64,000 bases of DNA from Klebsormidium nitens (lineage: Eukaryota > Plantae > Klebsormidiophyceae). The stretch spans positions 62,001 through 126,000 of the forward strand of contig DF237088.1 in assembly GCA_000708835.1 (NCBI GenBank), in the 5' to 3' direction. The notes beneath the pieces are model-generated. The model was not told the origin of the DNA, did not search any database, and was given only the letters and a program-made list of their open reading frames with translations. The stretch's first letter is position 1. Each line of letters starts with the position of its first letter. Positions 58,701-64,000 of the stretch are shown in pieces. A program made the position numbers and the translations under genes.

Positions 58701-61700
58701 CGTTCGCAGAGTCCCTGCTGGGCTTGTTTGTTGAACTGGAAACCTGGCGGTCAAGAAGTCATTGCAAGGAATAGTCAACCTTCAGAGGCAAGTTTGGAAG
58801 CGAATGAGTGCTCGTGATTTCGGAGACAAGCCACAGTATGGAGGGCAACGAAATTCCTCAGGCCCTAACCCCCCAGAGCTCTGCAAAGAAGCATAAGTCC
58901 AAGTGGAAGTTACAAAGGAGGCGACATCCAAGCAACTGATGGTGGTGCTTATCACATCTTCTGGGGGGGTGCCTAAGAAGACCGGAGCTCACCACTTTCT
59001 TCGGCTCAAACCGGATGGACATTCTTTTGACCTGGGCCGGGTCTAGCGGGGGCTGGTCGGGGCTTCCTGGCCGGAAGTCAGAGAAAGGCAAGCGGACCTG
59101 CAGCACAACGGGCGATTAGACAGCGCGTATCAGCAGTATGTGCGAGGAGGGATAGAGTCCGAGAAGGCCAAATCGGCGCGAAACTTGGGCTTCGAGCCCT
59201 GGTCATACGGTCAAGAATTGGAACTCTACCTCTGTGTTCCTTCAAGCCCTTTGTAACAACTCGAAATGCGCAATTTTTCGTCTGTAGCTGGAAGAGACAA
59301 ACCCCATGTGCACATTCATGTGTCAGCACAACCAATCTTCTTGAAGACGGCAGTCAGATCGTGCACGCAGAAAGCATGGGTTCCGGCGCTGCACTTACCC
59401 TGGCATAGCCCACTCTAGTGGGGAACTTGTACGTGTACTCCATGGGCGGCCCCCCTTCCCATTTCTCCATTTCGAGGACGAATGTGTACGGCTTGCCGTC
59501 ACCACACACGCGGATGAGCAGGCCCTCGAACCTGCGAAACCACACAGGATCATATCTCCGCATAGATAGCCTACGAATGAGCTTCCAAATGCTAGCACAA
59601 TCAATCATGCTGACGTCGAAAGAACGACATGCTGGAAACACATCGAGCTGCAGGCAGTAACAATCCCCGAATGGTGTGCCGAAAGGCTTTCGCCTTGAGC
59701 GAATCATCTGATTGATTTCACAAACCCAGTCGCCTGGGCGAAGAGTAAAATATAATGTTTTCTGACTGACAATATAGAAGATGAAGACCCGAGAGAGTGT
59801 CTGGGAGCGCGGCTATCGAGGTCTGCCCAGGCAAGTTCAGCGCACAGCTCGTTCTGCTGTCTCACCGTGACAAAGAGACACCCTCCGGCAGCTTGAGCTC
59901 AGTCGTCATCTCAACAAAGCCCCCCCTAGTGTACACGTAACCTGCAAAGAGGTAGGTGAGCTCACACGAGTCCGCTAGACAAGCACGGAACGCTTGAAGT
60001 TAATCATGCACGAGAATTTGGGTGTGTCCAGCGCGCCAAACCATGAAGGACATCCGGCATTGTCGAAGAACCCTTTCACATGCAAAGAGAGTGCTCTCAC
60101 GGTCAAAGGACAAGCAAACACGCAGCTCCCTTGAGAGGATTTCCTGGATGCGCACCTTGAAAGAGCCCCATGCTCCTTTCGCCCTCCCTTTCCGTCAACT
60201 CAAGTTCCGCGTCCATTCCCCCGTCGTACAGCTTGCCTAGAATGTCCTCATCCTCCACCCCGTCCCTAAGATCCCACTCATCCAGCGTCGACTCCTTCGA
60301 GAATCTCGCAAGAGTCACCTTGCTCCGTGCTGATTTGCCGGCCCGCTTCTGGGCCAACCGGTGGTTATAGTCCTGGAAAGAGGATCAGGGACATAGCTGG
60401 CTCAGATTCCTGTTGTTGCAATGAGTAACCCCTCTTTTAATCCACACCACCAGTTCAAAGGCCAGGGCTTTCGCAACAGATTGTATCTAAGCCCTGCTTC
60501 AAAAGGAGACATGACGAGCTTTTGCTTCCGGATGAGCTCTGGGTACAGTCTTAGTCATGGCACAGTGTTGCAAACTATAGTGGACATGTACAAAGGGGCA
60601 GACCTTCACAGTTGTGGAAATAACCTGAGTAACCCAATGACCACCTTCTCGACTTTCCCACATTAGCCATCTTCAAGCACCCATTGAAGTGGACAGCTCT
60701 CAAAACACAGTCCCTTTCTTATTTTAACTTATGAAAGCGGACGTTGTCCACCAGAAATACAAGTGGTGCTCCTTGCAAGAGTGGTAAAAGGCCAGTGGAC
60801 CACCACACAGGATCCCGGGCGCAAGATACTCATGAAAGGAAGTATGCTTCACATGTTGGTGTTGAAGATGCGGAAAATTGCTGCTTCCAGGTACCTACCA
60901 GGAATGCCTTGGCCAGATTTGCCACCCCCTGCTGCTCCACCCGCGTCAGGTCCCCACTCAGCATCGACGTGGCGCGTGTGCAACAAATGATCTTGTTCAC
61001 GCCCTCCACTGCTTTCGAAAGGGTAGTTGGATCCCCAATATCCCCCACCACGTGCTGCACCACTGTCGGCAGTTTTTCTAGCGTCGCTTCGTCGCTGCTC
61101 CGCACCAGAGCCTGCAGCATGACGATATGCAGCTGGTCGAAAGTAATTCCAGCATGTGCCATGCGATTGAAGGGTGATTGCATCTCTGCTCAAAAAGTGC
61201 GCAGCAATTTCCAATCAGCGGGGGGTGCGAGCATCGGTGATATTAACGGCACAAACTTCTCAGCACCTTCAGGATGGGCGCTAGTGGTGGCAGTTGGGAG
61301 TATGGCCCTGCATAAAGGAGTCGTTAGTTGGCGATATGTTCGAACTTCTGAGGCTTCTCACTTGATATTCTGAACTGCCTTGGAAGGCAGCTGGTTGGGT
61401 GTGGACCACAGATAGCGCCGGTAGCTGTGCCAAGATGCGGAATGTGGCTAAAACAGTCACCACAATCTGACAGTGAATTCCTTTCCATCTCACCTTGACT
61501 GTGTACCCTCTCAGCAGCAGCTTCCGGACAAGAATGCGGCCCACTCGTCCAGTGGCCCCAGCAACCAACACGGTGGTGAATGCAGCATCAGGAATGGTAA
61601 ACTCGCACATGGGGCCTCCAATCTGTAGCACACATTGGGGTCACAGATGAGCATACTTACTGACGCTTCTGGTCCACCATGCACTGCCGCCAGTGACAGC

Positions 61701-62504
61701 TTTTAGAAGCTATCAGCGAATGTTCCAAAATGTCAATATTAGAAAATGGCAATAAGGAGACCCTTTCTTGAAAAGCAGTCATTTCACTTGCACACATTGC
61801 TCAGTAGGTTCGCCGACAATCAACATGAGGCTGTGACCTCATGGAGGATGTGCTTGAAGGGTTTAGTCCACCATGCGTTGCAAGTCTTGAGGAAAGCTTA
61901 AGTTCAAGGGGTTCAGGTGAACCAATCGAAGGCGGGCTGCATTGAAATGGAGCACACCGCCATACAGGCTGCACAAAGCTACACAATCCACAAGTATAGC
62001 ACAACTCTTCTTAGAAGCATTTTCCGAAAGAGGAGCATCGCTCAGCCGGCCACTAACCAGAACTGTATCGACGTCAGAAGGGGAGGACCTCGTCAGCTGC
62101 CCAAGATCTGTCAGCCTCTTCCAGACATCATTGAAAAATTCTCGACTTCTCCGCCCCAAGCTGACGGGGTTGATGTCAGAAAGCGTGAGCTGAGCGTCCT
62201 CCTCTGTTGGTTTCGCTCTCTCCTGAACAACCTTTTCTTCCTCCTTTTCCTTGACTGCAGTGTCTGCCCCATTCTGCTCCCCGCTAGCCCGGACGCCCGG
62301 CGCCGGTTTTCGTCTCTCACTTAAACGCTGAGGAACCCCCAAATGCCTACTAGGAAACGTATGGTTCCTAAGCGAGTTTGCAGTACCCGGTTTCCTAGAG
62401 TCAACCGCAAAAGCGTTGCATTGTGAGCACCGCCGCCCCTCCAATGTGAGCTGATGAGACCAGCTCGCTGCAGGCCGCACCTTTGCTGCACTGTTGAGGG
62501 CCAT
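55786..62504 (-). CDS. HCF173: HCF173: chloroplast atypical short-chain dehydrogenase with CIA30 domain (psbA translation factor)
   Basis: Transit-peptide-like N-terminus; DINPVSLGRRSREFFNDVWKRL; GGPMCEFTIP..TTVLVAGATGRVGRILVRKLLLRGY; RFEGLLIRVCGDGKPY; LRNSGLGYTIVRPGPLLEEPGGSRALVFDQGNRIT; ISCADVADVCVKALHD; VAHLPDKSNNYLTPALALLEKNT*. Confidence 0.93.
56503..56538. repeat. Perfect 12-bp tandem repeat (gatggggattaa)x3 in HCF173 intron
   Basis: Three exact adjacent copies. Confidence 0.95.
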
Positions 62505-63494
62505 TCCCGCAACCTGTACACCACTTCCTCTACTGCATTGACTAGCTATGACGAACAAAGAAACCCGGGCGGTCACTTTACAAAGAAAGACGCCATGCCC
62601 GCCGCTGCATCCCTGCTCAACCCACTGCAAATGCGGCCCAAATGCGGCCTGTGCTCTGGCTGGGCCGGAGCACAGCTGCAGCCTGCAGGGGCAACTTGCA
62701 CGGGAGAGCTACCGTAGGCAGGTGGCAGTTGCAGAATGCCGCTGAGTTTACCCATGCCATCCTAGTGCGCTGCTTTGAGCCGTCCGATGGGACACTTTGA
62801 ACTTGCGGCGTGCAGGATCGCCCTGTGCTTGTCCCCACATACGGCTGGTGTAGGGCACTTTCGAAGTGCGCAATGCGTTTAGGCGTACTTTTTGGGGACA
62901 GCGCGACACTGGCACCTGAACAGGAGCAGTTTCTGGTCTGGCTAGTTGCCACGTCGTCAAAGTCTTGCAACTAGAGCTGAGCCGCTTCGGAGCATGATCG
63001 GTAATAGGTAACGGTAAATGCAGCGACATTTTGTACTATTACTAATGTCAGTGTTGTTTCTCGACTTTGGACGAGCAGGCTCGCTCTAGTTTCATTTCGA
63101 CCCCCTGAAATGGCGGGCTGCTGCATTCGATGATCATGCACATTGCTGCAGGGCAGGCTGTAGGGCGTCTTTCTTGAACTTCGCGTTCAATGAATGCGCC
63201 ACCATTGCGCTCGCGTACAATGCTCCAAAACGTGTTCAGGCAGCTTCACCAAACCCGCCAGACTTTTTGTTCATTGTGACCACCATGTCAAAGGCAGGTT
63301 TTTACCCGTTGCTGGGAACCTGGGCATGGTGACATTTGTCCACTATCCAAAAAGCAGATGGTGTGCAGATAAAGGGTGGGCGTCAGCTCGCTGATTGTAG
63401 AATGCTTGAGATGACTTCTCGAGTGAACCTGTTGAAGTCCTGTACAATGCATGCACGGTCGTTTTTGAAGAAGAGCGGAAGTCACAACCACAAG

Positions 63495-64000
63495 ATGCCT
63501 GGGCGCTCCCGGCTGCTTGCAACCATCCTCCTTCTGGGGGCTTTCATCTTCCTTCTCGCTAGGACATTCTCCTGGCAGAGGTTCGCTTTTGGAGCTAGTG
63601 CGGAGTCAAATTACCTGTCTGGCCTGTGCTCTGAGTTCCTGAATTGGGCTCCAGGTAGTGAGTTCCTCCCCCGAGCTCAGAGACTTTCTCTGAGTGGGTA
63701 TCCAGCATCATCATTCCACAACATAGTTCTGGGAATTGTGTCAAGTGCGGACGCGTGGCCGGTCGTCAAGGGCACTGCGCTGCTGTGGTGGAGGCCAAAT
63801 GTGACGAGGGGCTTTGTACTGTTGGAGGAAGGGGAGGCGGCCCTGCAATTGAAACAGCACCAGGGAGAGGAGGAGTTGATAGAGCAGAGACGTTGGTGGG
63901 AAAGAGTTCGAGAGGAAAGAGAGCAGGCAGAGGAGCAGACACGGTCAAGATTGCCAGGTGATTTCAGCATAGAAGGGGGTGGCAGCAATGAAACTATAGG
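63495..64000 (+). CDS. DUF604 / Fringe-like (GT31-related) type II membrane glycosyltransferase, 5' partial
   Basis: ATG at 63495 opens a frame that runs to the window end. It has an N-terminal hydrophobic anchor (LLATILLLGAFIFLLA), then FHNIVLGIVSSADAWPVVKGTALLWWRPNVTRGFVLL, resembling the DUF604 'HIVFGIA..W..R..Y...WWRP..TRG.VW' start as recalled. Confidence 0.7.
   Translation, partial: MPGRSRLLATILLLGAFIFLLARTFSWQRFAFGASAESNYLSGLCSEFLNWAPGSEFLPRAQRLSLSGYPASSFHNIVLGIVSSADAWPVVKGTALLWWRPNVTRGFVLLEEGEAALQLKQHQGEEELIEQRRWWERVREEREQAEEQTRSRLPGDFSIEGGGSNETI

Noticed and set aside
62748-63029. 93-aa ATG ORF upstream of HCF173
   Set aside because: No recognisable motifs or coding bias; it lies in the divergent promoter/UTR interval.
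11176-63116. ATGGCGG (YY1-like) word in three of five divergent intervals (11176, 20152, 63110)
   Set aside because: A 7-mer in GC-rich DNA that also looks like an ordinary start-codon context; too few occurrences to call.
7219-64000. Possible carbohydrate gene cluster (mutarotase, GREB1-like GT, DUF604 GT)
   Set aside because: The genes are tens of kb apart, interspersed with unrelated housekeeping genes, and probably act in different compartments.
1-64000. Transposons, CRISPR arrays, tRNA/rRNA genes
   Set aside because: I saw no transposase/RT motifs, terminal repeats with target-site duplications, regularly spaced repeats or structural-RNA signatures; small ncRNAs cannot be excluded by eye.

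Overview
Intron-rich, gene-dense eukaryotic nuclear DNA from a green plant lineage. Plant-type orthologues (GPAT9, PRL1, HCF173, RBL15, DUF604), GC-rich exons and a U12-type intron point to a streptophyte alga such as Klebsormidium; this is inference, not a database match. I reconstructed 11 spliced or partial protein-coding genes by hand, in strictly alternating orientation: GPAT9(+), aldose 1-epimerase(-), UCP3-like carrier(+), ATG4(-), a giant gene(+), PRL1(-), PDRG1(+), RBL15(-), a small membrane protein(+), HCF173(-) and a partial DUF604 gene(+). The main discovery is the 14-exon, ~4,588-aa gene at 20274-38346. Its introns hide an N-terminal GT-A glycosyltransferase domain that resembles the GREB1 / base-J glucosyltransferase (JGT) / TET-associated glycosyltransferase family. 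This domain is fused to ARM-like repeats, two huge acidic disordered exons and a C-terminal C3HC4 RING. I saw no rRNA, tRNA, CRISPR array or recognisable transposon. Family assignments rest on motifs recalled from memory, not on searches.
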